Shown here: positions 27,690 to 39,749 of the stretch, piece after piece | Layout: every line of letters begins with the position of its first letter | Numbering within the stretch: the stretch's first letter is position 1 | Translations under genes and position numbers: made by a program | Notes under the pieces: generated by a model | What the model saw: only the letters and a program-made list of their open reading frames with translations | Database searches by the model: none | What the model was told of the DNA's origin: nothing | Assembly (NCBI GenBank): GCA_964016885.1 | Contig: OZ024746.1 | Span: 89,528,001 to 89,592,000 of the forward strand | DNA from: Eledone cirrhosa | Lineage: Eukaryota | Direction of reading: 5' to 3' | Length of the DNA: 64,000 nt

Positions 27690-28402
27690 CTTAATATTTG
27701 TTTGTTTTTCTGGACATGTCATATATTTTATATCTCAGCAAACAACCCTCCATGATAATTAGATATACTTTTTGGTGGGATAGCAGTAAGGGACACAAGA
27801 TGGTGGCAATGACGATACAAAATTTACAAATAATTTAATTAAAAGATAACTATGAAACAATAATGAAAATATATCTATGTATAAGTAAACTTGAAAGAGA
27901 CCTAAGCCAACTGTAGGATAACGGAGAACTTTATGACTAAGAGCTTTATTTTTCTGAGAAGCTCCAAATGTAGGTAAATTTTATATAATAGAAAACACAG
28001 CAATGAGGAGGATGTGAACATTTATTGAATATTATGTGATTGTGAGTCTTGAGTAAAGACGGGGTTTTTGAGATTCGGACAAATGTTATATATTATATTC
28101 CCGAAAGCAACTTTCTATTAGTAATTATACATGCCTTTCTGAGGAACACATGATCGTAGCAACATATGGCTTCAAAGAAATAGCAATAACGAATTTACAA
28201 ATGACAACACTAATTTCTACAGCCCATCTAGTATGGCAGTGAGTTCGAAAGAGAATTGATTTGGACTAATTTGATTGGAAGGACCTATACCAGCATCATG
28301 ACTAGACAACAGATGATGAAGACGAAACGAAAGAAAGGGACTGGAGATATTACAAATCTTGGGTTATAATTTTGATTTTCTCATTTATGTAGTTAAAAAT
28401 AG
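27690..28402. repeat. right arm of a ~700-bp inverted duplication
   Basis: For example ctacagcccatctagtatggcagt (28217) versus actgccatactagatgggctgtag (24197). Confidence 0.92.
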
Positions 28403-29423
28403 TATATCTCAAAGGAAAGGATGTGAGCTTATATTTTCTTTACATATTTTTTGAGGCCCTATTACAGAGACCTACATATTATCGAGAACTACATAAAAGC
28501 CCTGAAACACGATGGTTTCATGTGCAGTAATATCATCCATAGCAAAATCTATCCCATTTACTACTATATTTCCATGCAACTTTACATTGCACACATTTTG
28601 CAATTCCTCATCAAGAACATCCTTCTCCATTCCACCAGTTTCACTAGACCTGACATCATATACAATACATTTATATATCCGGCAAAATTGAAGCAGATTT
28701 TATTCGCCTGATGTGCATTATGTATATGACAATATACAACACATTCATATACACAAACTGTACACATACTCACTTGTTGATAAATTTGATAATTATCTTA
28801 GAAATGAGGTATTGTACGCAGATGTTACGTGTGTACCATTGAGATAATGATAGTGAATATAAGTCTGGTCAGAACGCCGTATTCTTAATGATAAATTACC
28901 TTCATTGAAAAGAAATCTAATTTTATAATAGCGCAACTGATTTTCAAAGTGAAGTAAACTAGAAATAATTATCTTCCCTAGCAATATGACCCAGAAGTCA
29001 GCTGTTCCATTTAACCAACCATCTTAGATTTTATCTCTCATTGTTTCTGTCGACAAAAAGGTTTACACAATATGCACTTAGATGTGTGTACTGTTAACAG
29101 TGAGGCATTTCCTATTGCAGTCTGAAATTACATCCAAATAATACATGGCATAAAGAACTACACAAAAATACAAGTAAACATACTCATACAATAAGAAAAA
29201 AACGCTAACGGCATCGAAATGGTAACAAACAAAATGTAAATAGAGAGAGGGCGATTGGAAAATGGCTTCCATTTGTCTGAATAATTAAATTAATGGTTTC
29301 TAGAGATTATAACAAAAATAACCCAAATTCAAGACAGGAAAAAGAACGTTGGTGAACTCACACATACACACACACACAAATACACATACATATACATACA
29401 CACATACACACATACACACACAC

Positions 29424-29528
<105 letters not shown>

Positions 29529-30082
29529 AAGTTCATAAATAAATAAGTCGATTGATACAGGAAAACATGTGTGAAAAAATGACAATGTAAATCCATCTGT
29601 TAATTGCTGTCTGCAAGTAAGTCAGTAAGTAGATGCATTGAAATCATCGGACGATCTCATCAATACTTTTAAAATAAAGTTGTTTTATTTCATGGTATTT
29701 TTTCAATATAGGAATCAACAAATAAAAAACAAAATAGTCTTCGAATAGAAGGACGCACAATGGAAGTTTAATTGAAACATTTTAAAATATATTACTACAA
29801 TTAATTAGGTCAATAAAGTAGATGCACTGAAATTTCAAATACCATTCAAGTCTAATTGTACTCATTAACAAATAAGCACATGCTTAGTAAAATCTCTCTC
29901 TGTCTATCTCTCTCTCTCTCACTTTCTCTCTCTCTCCCTCTCTCTCTCTGTATATATATATATATAAATGTAAGTATGTATGTATGTATACGTACATACA
30001 TATATGTATACAGACTTACAGTTGTATGTATATATATACATACATGCACACACATATATATATATGCACGTATCGATTTACC

Positions 30083-30496
30083 GATATGCACATTAGGCTG
30101 CTCAGCCGTTAATATGCATAAGGAAAGTATATACTTTCAGACGTTCAACCATCTGGCAGGAAGGTATACGATGCTGACGATAGCTAATAAGCTTGAAACT
30201 AGTACATCGTTCCTGTGTCGGTGTTGAACAAAAAGCTGACGTGGTTGCCTAAACACTGTACGGCGTAATTCGGGCTGTTTATTTGTCTACAAACAAACAA
30301 ACCGAGCATTATAATAAATGTTCGGTAAACCGATACGTGCATATATATATTATATATATGTGTGCATGTATGTATATATATACATACTACTGTACGTCTG
30401 TATACATATATGTAAGTAGGTATAGATACATACATACTTACATTTAAGTAAGTGCCGTCTAAGAGTGAGAAATGAAATTTCGTTTCATTCTATTCC

Positions 30497-30500
<4 letters not shown>
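30083..30500 (+). mobile_element. hammerhead-bearing dispersed repeat, second family, permuted copy
   Basis: Block gatatgca...ataataaatgttcg is shared with 20495-20740. The module tttaagta..ccgt.ctaagagtg.gaaatgaaatttcg lies 3' here but 5' in the other copy. Confidence 0.7.
30168..30210 (+). ncRNA. minimal type I hammerhead ribozyme, second family
   Basis: ACGATG-CTGACGA-tAGCT-aata-AGCTt-GAAA-CTAG-TA-CATCGT: 6-bp stem I, palindromic stem III ACTAGT, GUA site, U.U at the base of stem II. Confidence 0.8.
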
Positions 30501-30530
<30 letters not shown>

Positions 30531-30962
30531 GTTCGTGCAAAAAACAGTTTAAATTATTCATTACGTATTTCGAATTGTTCAATCTCACATTTCCCACTGA
30601 TTGGCTGACTCAGGGTGATGACGTTCTTTTGTAATTTATTCATTAACCGAGGACATTTTATTCTATCTGAGGATTCAACAAGAAGCATATTTTCTTCTTC
30701 ACTTCATACTATTCATCTAGCTGTTATCTATATACATGACCCTTTATATTACTAGTTTGCCCAAACATCAGAATTAAGCCATGATTAAAATGTTTTTTGC
30801 CATATTCATTCAGTGCATTTTCCAATGGGTCCATGCGTGTTAAAATGTATATGGTGGAATTTCAGGCGTTATATGTTTTAGTTATATCACAGCGATTGCC
30901 CTTTTAGAATCTCACTTGTTCACAACTTTTTCTTAGACGTATGCATCACCTTCTTTTAGTGC

Positions 30963-31075
30963 AAAATAATTGTTTCTACTTTTGACACAAGGCCAGCAAT
31001 TATCCCAGTACATTACTGGCAAAATAATTGTTTCTACTTTAGGCACAAGGCCAGCAAATTACCCAGTTCCTTGGC
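30963..31075 (-). mobile_element. two tandem SINE 3' tips
   Basis: aataattgtttctacttt..cacaaggccagcaa occurs twice. Confidence 0.8.
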
Positions 31076-32258
31076 AAAATAATGATGTAAAATATTGCTT
31101 GTTGTGTTCATGTATTTCTTTTCAGTTTCTTGTCTAGAACCAAGGCAGCCATGGAAGATAATTCTTTGATCGAAGCCATACTACGCACTATAATCCAATT
31201 CTACCTTAAGGCAAATTGTATTATATCGAGGACTAATTAAACTGATGTTTCCATGCTTTTATACTCAGTAGAATATAATTGGTGAGAGATGTAAAACTTA
31301 ATGACTACTCAAAGTGTGACTAATTTATTTTAAGCTTCATGGAATTTATTGTTACCTTTGATGTAAAAGGTTATTTTTTATTTGCTGGCAATGTATTTTG
31401 TAACATTTTACAATTCATTTTCTTTTCGTAGCATTCTGTCGGACTTTTATGTTACACATTTCAATATAGACTAAATTTTGTATCTTTGTAAGGTTATGAT
31501 TTTCTTCGTAGTCATCTCTTATACACAGGTCTACAATATCTATTTATAATATTTCTATTCTAATTCATATTTTTTCTTTTCATTTATATTTCATAGTAAT
31601 ATGAGTCCTTGAACTTTCAGTTCCTTGTCAGTCATGTCACCAATAGAGAAATGTTGACGTAACAGTCAAAGGGTATAGATCTTTCCTTATTGTCTTTCGA
31701 TTATAATTCTTGGATGATGTTATATTTTACTGCTACTCTGGACAGAAGTATTCCACATTATAATAACTACAATGTTGTCGCACGTGAATTATCATTGTCA
31801 AATCCGAGTATAAAAAACATTTATATTTAGACGTTGTGATGCAATATCCGTATTATGTGCAAGAGTTATAGCTAATGACGTTTAGGTTTGTCAATATATT
31901 TTGACCTATGGGAACTTGCATATCTAAGATAAAGTAATCGATTCTCTATTTGATTGCATCTTCAACGGTTGAGATTAGAGTTGTCGTTTATTTCTTATGT
32001 TGCTAGACTTTTGTAGACATACATTGATTTTCCGCAGCTGAAATCAAACTTTCTGTTTATGACTTTGTTCTTGCACATTTTAGCTTTTTTGATTTTTATA
32101 CTGAGCCACTTACTCGCTTTCTCGAAATAATTGATTGTGACCAAAAAACGTATCACCAACCTTCATTTAATAGAATGCAGATTTGCTTTGATTTATCTGT
32201 ACTTAATTTGTTAATGTTTTGTCATTGCACGGTTCATGTTATATGATAATTTTGTTAA

Positions 32259-32259
<1 letters not shown>

Positions 32260-32289
<30 letters not shown>

Positions 32290-32481
32290 CTTCTTCTTCT
32301 TCTTCTTCTTCTTCTTCTTCTTCTTCTTCTTCTTCTTCTTCTTCTTCTTCTTCTTCTTCTTCTTCTTCTTCTTCTTCTTCTTCTTCTTCTTCTTCTTCTT
32401 CTTCTTCTTCTTCTTCTTCTTCTTCTTCTTCTTCTTCTTCTTCTTCTTCTTCTTCTTCTTCTTCTTCTTCTTCTTCTTCTT
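32260..32481. repeat. pure (CTT)n/(GAA)n tract, about 74 units
   Basis: Read directly; no interruption seen. Confidence 0.97.
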
Positions 32482-32750
32482 CTATCTCCAGGTGAGACCA
32501 CACAAATTCATGGATGTTATACACCAATGTTGCTCGGGGTCAGACACTGGGTCTCCTGCCGACTGGTTTTGGCGCTAATATCTGTCCAAATAATTGTTCA
32601 TGACACATTCAAACCACATATCCGTAGTATCGGAACTGTGATCTCTCAATTCGGAAAAGTTGCTGCCCTACCTGGATTTACCGTCTGATCGCCAATCTGC
32701 ACTCTATCGAGATGTGTTACACCAAAGACCCTTCGGAGGAACACTTTTAG
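32482..32750 (-). mobile_element. RTE-clade LINE 3' end
   Basis: - strand IERSQFRYYGYV (cf. QLRWYGHV) and FLRRVFG; similar to 55620-55870; adjoins a long (GAA)n tail. Confidence 0.7.
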
Positions 32751-33720
32751 TTATCTTTCATAATGTATTTGTGTTTTGATAAAGAGTGCTAAATCGAACA
32801 CATTCAATGAGGGTGCCGGTCTCTACTGAGAATGTGTATTGTCAGGTCTCCTATTATACATAATATTTATGAACATACTTTATATTTTAGTGATATATTC
32901 TATAATGCTAACTTTCGTGTGGATGTTTTACACATCGTCACTTACAAAAGCTGGCAAGTCAGGAATTTAAAACGAAATTGTCTAACTTCTGTATAAATAA
33001 TGAAGCTTGCAACTGCAGGATAAAAACTGTTTGCTATTTTTGTTGTTGCTCTTGTTATGAATATATTTTTCTTTGCAAATAACAAAACATTAAAATTGTA
33101 GGGAATTTAGGAAGCAAAAGCACACATATTTACACTTTACACCATCTGTCTCATTGCAAATAGATCACAAGTTTACAAATTCCTAATCGGTGATAACTTT
33201 AATTCGACAAAACTGAAACAAAATATGAAGGAAGTAAAAAAACGCCCCCCCCCCCCCATTCCATTCTGAGAAATCTTACATCGATATCCCAGTTCTTTAC
33301 TAGTTTTGCAGTTCTTCTCGATCCCTAATTATATCAACATGCAATATTCAGTTTCCAGAAGAAGAGACGTTTTGACGCAGTGCTAGTACTGGCATCAAAT
33401 GACACAGCCTGCCAATCGACATGCAAATGTATAATCAGATTCAACAGATGTGATATATCCATTTAAATTCTCTGGTAGTCAATTTTTTCAGACCGTTTCC
33501 ATAGATGGAATTGCCGCTTTGAAATTGATTCCGGCAAGCCGAAATATTGATTTATATGTTATGTAGCCAATCAGCACAACCCTCCTCCCCAATACATACA
33601 TCTACGTCTCTTTCCTGAGGGTGGCGTATATCTGATTCCATAATTACTAATCGAAGAAACAGCCACTTCCGATGCGGTATCCCTTTCATGTATTTGGCCT
33701 TTTCCACTCAGTCAATTTAA

Positions 33721-33879
33721 CAGCATTCTAAAGAAAAGTTGAAGTTATTGTCTCTAGAATTGTTGGAAATGTTTTCCGACTATTAGCTGGCGGCCATGGA
33801 AGTAAAAAATCAAGAGCGATTTACCTAAGATAAAAAACGGCACCTCATTCTTCTCAGCTGTGATACAGCCGGTTACGTC

Positions 33880-33889
<10 letters not shown>
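33721..33889 (+). repeat. ~170-bp direct repeat, second copy at 38132-38317
   Basis: cagcattct..aagttgaagttattg.ctctagaattgttgg...cacctcattcttctcagctgtgatacag in both copies. Confidence 0.88.
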
Positions 33890-33932
<43 letters not shown>

Positions 33933-34051
33933 ATAGACATAGAATATTCGAAAATATTCTGTATGTTTATAATAAACATTTTGAAGACCTAATCGCTATA
34001 GAATAGAATACGTCACGTATTACAATTAGATTCTCGATAAAAGCAAGGGAA

Positions 34052-34094
34052 GTAATCTACGCGTTTCATTCTTGTTAGAATTCATCAGGACTAC
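34052..34094 (-). ncRNA. minimal type I hammerhead ribozyme, inverted unit 1
   Basis: Exact reverse complement of the 34618-34660 motif. Confidence 0.88.
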
Positions 34095-34361
34095 ATATCC
34101 AGTGCTTTTATCGAGAATGACACAGCTAGAGACTTATAGAATACTTAGCTGTGTACTGGAACTGGTTTGAAAGAGCGGTTGCCGGTCCGGCAGAAATTAG
34201 AAATTGGAATAAATGCTCTGAAATAGCGATATATATGTGAGTATAGACATAGAATATTCGAAAATATTCTGTATGTTTATAATAAACATTTTGAAGACCT
34301 AATCGCTATAGAATAGAATACGTCACGTATTACAATTAGATTCTCGATAAAAGCAAGGGAA

Positions 34362-34404
34362 GTAATCTACGCGTTTCATTCTTGTTAGAATTCATCAGGA
34401 CTAC
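34362..34404 (-). ncRNA. minimal type I hammerhead ribozyme, inverted unit 2
   Basis: Exact reverse complement of the 34618-34660 motif. Confidence 0.88.
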
Positions 34405-34617
34405 ATATCCAGTGCTTTTATCGAGAATGACACAGCTAGAGACTTATAGAATACTTAGCTGTGTACTGGAACTGGTTTGAAATCGCTATTTCAGAGCATT
34501 TATTCCAATTTCTAATTTCTGCCGGACCGGCAACCGCTCTTTCAAACCAGTTCCAGTACACAGCTAAGTATTCTATAAGTCTCTAGCTGTGTCATTCTCG
34601 ATAAAAGCACTGGATAT

Positions 34618-34660
34618 GTAGTCCTGATGAATTCTAACAAGAATGAAACGCGTAGATTAC
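34618..34660 (+). ncRNA. minimal type I hammerhead ribozyme; first of 9 + strand copies (cores at 34624, 34934, 35244, 35554, 35864, 36174, 36484, 36794, 37104)
   Basis: Stem I GTAGTC/GATTAC, core CTGATGA, stem II ATTC-taacaa-GAAT, GAAA, palindromic stem III ACGCGT, triplet GUA (predicted cut after 34654). Stem I is extended by a 16-bp helix, 34594-34609/34667-34682. Confidence 0.9.
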
Positions 34661-37298
34661 TTCCCTTGCTTTTATCGAGAATCTAATTGTAATACGTGAC
34701 GTATTCTATTCTATAGCGATTAGGTCTTCAAAATGTTTATTATAAACATACAGAATATTTTCGAATATTCTATGTCTATACTCACATATATATCGCTATT
34801 TCAGAGCATTTATTCCAATTTCTAATTTCTGCCGGACCGGCAACCGCTCTTTCAAACCAGTTCCAGTACACAGCTAAGTATTCTATAAGTCTCTAGCTGT
34901 GTCATTCTCGATAAAAGCACTGGATATGTAGTCCTGATGAATTCTAACAAGAATGAAACGCGTAGATTACTTCCCTTGCTTTTATCGAGAATCTAATTGT
35001 AATACGTGACGTATTCTATTCTATAGCGATTAGGTCTTCAAAATGTTTATTATAAACATACAGAATATTTTCGAATATTCTATGTCTATACTCACATATA
35101 TATCGCTATTTCAGAGCATTTATTCCAATTTCTAATTTCTGCCGGACCGGCAACCGCTCTTTCAAACCAGTTCCAGTACACAGCTAAGTATTCTATAAGT
35201 CTCTAGCTGTGTCATTCTCGATAAAAGCACTGGATATGTAGTCCTGATGAATTCTAACAAGAATGAAACGCGTAGATTACTTCCCTTGCTTTTATCGAGA
35301 ATCTAATTGTAATACGTGACGTATTCTATTCTATAGCGATTAGGTCTTCAAAATGTTTATTATAAACATACAGAATATTTTCGAATATTCTATGTCTATA
35401 CTCACATATATATCGCTATTTCAGAGCATTTATTCCAATTTCTAATTTCTGCCGGACCGGCAACCGCTCTTTCAAACCAGTTCCAGTACACAGCTAAGTA
35501 TTCTATAAGTCTCTAGCTGTGTCATTCTCGATAAAAGCACTGGATATGTAGTCCTGATGAATTCTAACAAGAATGAAACGCGTAGATTACTTCCCTTGCT
35601 TTTATCGAGAATCTAATTGTAATACGTGACGTATTCTATTCTATAGCGATTAGGTCTTCAAAATGTTTATTATAAACATACAGAATATTTTCGAATATTC
35701 TATGTCTATACTCACATATATATCGCTATTTCAGAGCATTTATTCCAATTTCTAATTTCTGCCGGACCGGCAACCGCTCTTTCAAACCAGTTCCAGTACA
35801 CAGCTAAGTATTCTATAAGTCTCTAGCTGTGTCATTCTCGATAAAAGCACTGGATATGTAGTCCTGATGAATTCTAACAAGAATGAAACGCGTAGATTAC
35901 TTCCCTTGCTTTTATCGAGAATCTAATTGTAATACGTGACGTATTCTATTCTATAGCGATTAGGTCTTCAAAATGTTTATTATAAACATACAGAATATTT
36001 TCGAATATTCTATGTCTATACTCACATATATATCGCTATTTCAGAGCATTTATTCCAATTTCTAATTTCTGCCGGACCGGCAACCGCTCTTTCAAACCAG
36101 TTCCAGTACACAGCTAAGTATTCTATAAGTCTCTAGCTGTGTCATTCTCGATAAAAGCACTGGATATGTAGTCCTGATGAATTCTAACAAGAATGAAACG
36201 CGTAGATTACTTCCCTTGCTTTTATCGAGAATCTAATTGTAATACGTGACGTATTCTATTCTATAGCGATTAGGTCTTCAAAATGTTTATTATAAACATA
36301 CAGAATATTTTCGAATATTCTATGTCTATACTCACATATATATCGCTATTTCAGAGCATTTATTCCAATTTCTAATTTCTGCCGGACCGGCAACCGCTCT
36401 TTCAAACCAGTTCCAGTACACAGCTAAGTATTCTATAAGTCTCTAGCTGTGTCATTCTCGATAAAAGCACTGGATATGTAGTCCTGATGAATTCTAACAA
36501 GAATGAAACGCGTAGATTACTTCCCTTGCTTTTATCGAGAATCTAATTGTAATACGTGACGTATTCTATTCTATAGCGATTAGGTCTTCAAAATGTTTAT
36601 TATAAACATACAGAATATTTTCGAATATTCTATGTCTATACTCACATATATATCGCTATTTCAGAGCATTTATTCCAATTTCTAATTTCTGCCGGACCGG
36701 CAACCGCTCTTTCAAACCAGTTCCAGTACACAGCTAAGTATTCTATAAGTCTCTAGCTGTGTCATTCTCGATAAAAGCACTGGATATGTAGTCCTGATGA
36801 ATTCTAACAAGAATGAAACGCGTAGATTACTTCCCTTGCTTTTATCGAGAATCTAATTGTAATACGTGACGTATTCTATTCTATAGCGATTAGGTCTTCA
36901 AAATGTTTATTATAAACATACAGAATATTTTCGAATATTCTATGTCTATACTCACATATATATCGCTATTTCAGAGCATTTATTCCAATTTCTAATTTCT
37001 GCCGGACCGGCAACCGCTCTTTCAAACCAGTTCCAGTACACAGCTAAGTATTCTATAAGTCTCTAGCTGTGTCATTCTCGATAAAAGCACTGGATATGTA
37101 GTCCTGATGAATTCTAACAAGAATGAAACGCGTAGATTACTTCCCTTGCTTTTATCGAGAATCTAATTGTAATACGTGACGTATTCTATTCTATAGCGAT
37201 TAGGTCTTCAAAATGTTTATTATAAACATACAGAATATTTTCGAATATTCTATGTCTATACTCACATATATATCGCTATTTCAGAGCATTTATTCCAA

Positions 37299-37344
<46 letters not shown>

Positions 37345-37350
37345 CCACAC

Positions 37351-37385
<35 letters not shown>

Positions 37386-37751
37386 TACAACATGAAAGTG
37401 GCAAGGGTTTGGTAGAAAGCACGACCAAAGAGAAGGTAAAATATTAAATCAGGAAAACCTGTCAAGGACGAGACAGTATACTGGCGATTGGGAAACAGTT
37501 CATATTAACAAATCTTCAAAGATGTATCAGATAATCTAGCAGAAAAACCACCCTTCGGGTGGTTTTCTGCTAGCGTGTGTAGTGTCTATATTGATATTAT
37601 GCGCAAGTATATATACATGTAGATATGATACATCAAATAAAATCGTAATTGACAATATACACAGAAATTGAACGAAGACTGTGTTACACTCTCTTATGTA
37701 AACAGTAACATAATCCATGATACATTAAAAAAGACGATATTATATATAAAC

Positions 37752-37858
37752 TGCCGAGGTTAACTTTGCCTTTCATCCTTACGGGGTCGATAAAATAAAG
37801 TACCAGTAATATACTGGGATAATTGCTGGCCTTGTGCCAGTAGTAGTAACAATTATTT
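37752..37858 (+). mobile_element. SINE 3' half
   Basis: gccgaggttaactttgcctttcatccttacggggtcg. Confidence 0.85.
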
Positions 37859-37974
37859 ATTCAAAGTAATCCAACTTATTTTACTCATGGGATAACAAAT
37901 TATAAACCGTACGCAGTCCCGCGCTCCTCTCTTTATTATAGTTTAGATTTACAATCGAGTGTGTGGGCGCAAGC

Positions 37975-38092
<118 letters not shown>

Positions 38093-39749
38093 GCGCGCGC
38101 GCAGCACACGCATACGCACACACACTAATACCAGCATTCTGAAGGAAAGTTGAAGTTATTGACTCTAGAATTGTTGGTAATGTTTTCCGACAATTAGCGG
38201 CCAAGTAAAATATCAACAGTGATTTACCTGAAGTAAAAACGGCACGTGATTTACCTGAAGTAAAAACGGCACCTCATTCTTCTCAGCTGTGATACAGACG
38301 GTTACTTCATTGAATATGCATAGAATATACTTATCTCGCTTCTCGTTAAGCTATATATATGTATATCTCTTTAATGGTCGTGGCCATATCATAGAAATAT
38401 GCCGGCGACTGACTTCCGTAGTATTTCTTCTGGTGTCATATTTCCCACTGTACCACTAATATAGACATCACTGATAGAAAAACTGTAACATACATAAAAA
38501 ATGTTCAACATCGTGGCCCACATGAAGTGCTTCACATCCAGTTTGAAGTTGTTGAAGGTGTAAAATCTACCATTTAAATTTTCAACAAATGTCGGGACAC
38601 TGGGATATAGGTTATAGTCACCAGTGCCAATAGTTGATCATCGGAAACAAGCCCTTCATCGTTAATGTTATTTTTTCCAGAAGAACTTCCCATGTTTACA
38701 CGCTTATATTTATATAGTCATTCACGCAATCTCGGTTATTCCACTAATCTATATGAACACATATATATTTATCGAACAATTCGCCTAATGCATACACAAC
38801 ATTCCCACGCATCGATATACACCCACAGACAACCATCAGTCCAACTATATGTCCTTTCGTTCATCAATCCAGTATTCATTTCTTTATATATTGTATATAT
38901 TGTGATTTTACGTTATCTAGGCATTAGAATTAATTTAATTTTAAATTTATTAAATTAAATTTGTCGTTTTAAGAAAGCAAGTACATTTACAACATTATTT
39001 AAATCAAAACTCAATTTCTGGAAAAAAAAAGTTATGATTTTAATATTTTATACTCTCTTCTATAGTGCTGCTTTCGGATGTACGTCTTACATTCGAAATA
39101 GCTTATCTGATTCATCGTTTTCCTATGTCATTTTATGAGTAGTTGCGCTCCCATTCGTTGATTTCTCTGTCAAAATGTATTTGTAATATTTTGAATTTTA
39201 ATTAAATTGCCTCCTTTATATGAATGTTGTTATCACTTCTCATCCATTTAGATTTTTTTTTAAAATCGTCCTTCGATTAATGTTTTCCTAGCTATTTATT
39301 CTTAAATCATCGATAGATTATAGATTACTCATCCCATTTGTAACCATTGTCCATTTCATTGGTAAGATATTTGATAGTAGAATGAACACTAGACAGAAAT
39401 AAAGTTGAGATAAGGAATCACCAACACAAATCTTCTTTTAATAGTGTCATGGCTGGATTTTATCGTCTTTTTTATCTTTCAGAATTATTAATGTTTACCA
39501 TTTAGATAGAACTTGGTTGATATACTGGTACAGTATTGATCTGCTTTGTTTTTCGGATGTATTTCCATTCTCAGAGTCACACGATGCTTGTATGGATTGT
39601 TTTTTCTTATTTTTCTAGCTACGACTATTTATAGATCTCCATTTCTATTGAGGACTTCACGTCTTTACATCCATCTTTTAGTAATACATGAAAACTCACA
39701 TTAATCAATTTCTCCATCTCCCATACTAATCTCACCAAAAAAGCTATCA

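Larger units (their letters stand above)
33929..37306. repeat. 310-bp tandem array with inverted 5' part; retrozyme-like or Penelope pLTR-like, inserted in (TA)n
   Basis: tatcgctatt recurs at 34791, 35101, 35411, 35721, 36031, 36341, 36651, 36961 and 37271 (period 310). Nine + units span 34482-37271, followed by a 35-nt stub. 33929-34481 is the reverse complement of about 1.8 units. (TA)n lies on both flanks. Confidence 0.97.

Noticed and set aside
32211-32688. Poly-R/F/L/E ORFs
   Set aside because: Reading frames of the (CTT)n tract.
33929-37306. CRISPR array, rDNA/snRNA cluster or plain satellite
   Set aside because: No unique spacers and no recognisable 5S, tRNA or snRNA sequence; the ribozyme and fold explain the unit better.
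37536-37573. Bacterial intrinsic terminator
   Set aside because: The context is eukaryotic repeat DNA with no prokaryotic genes.
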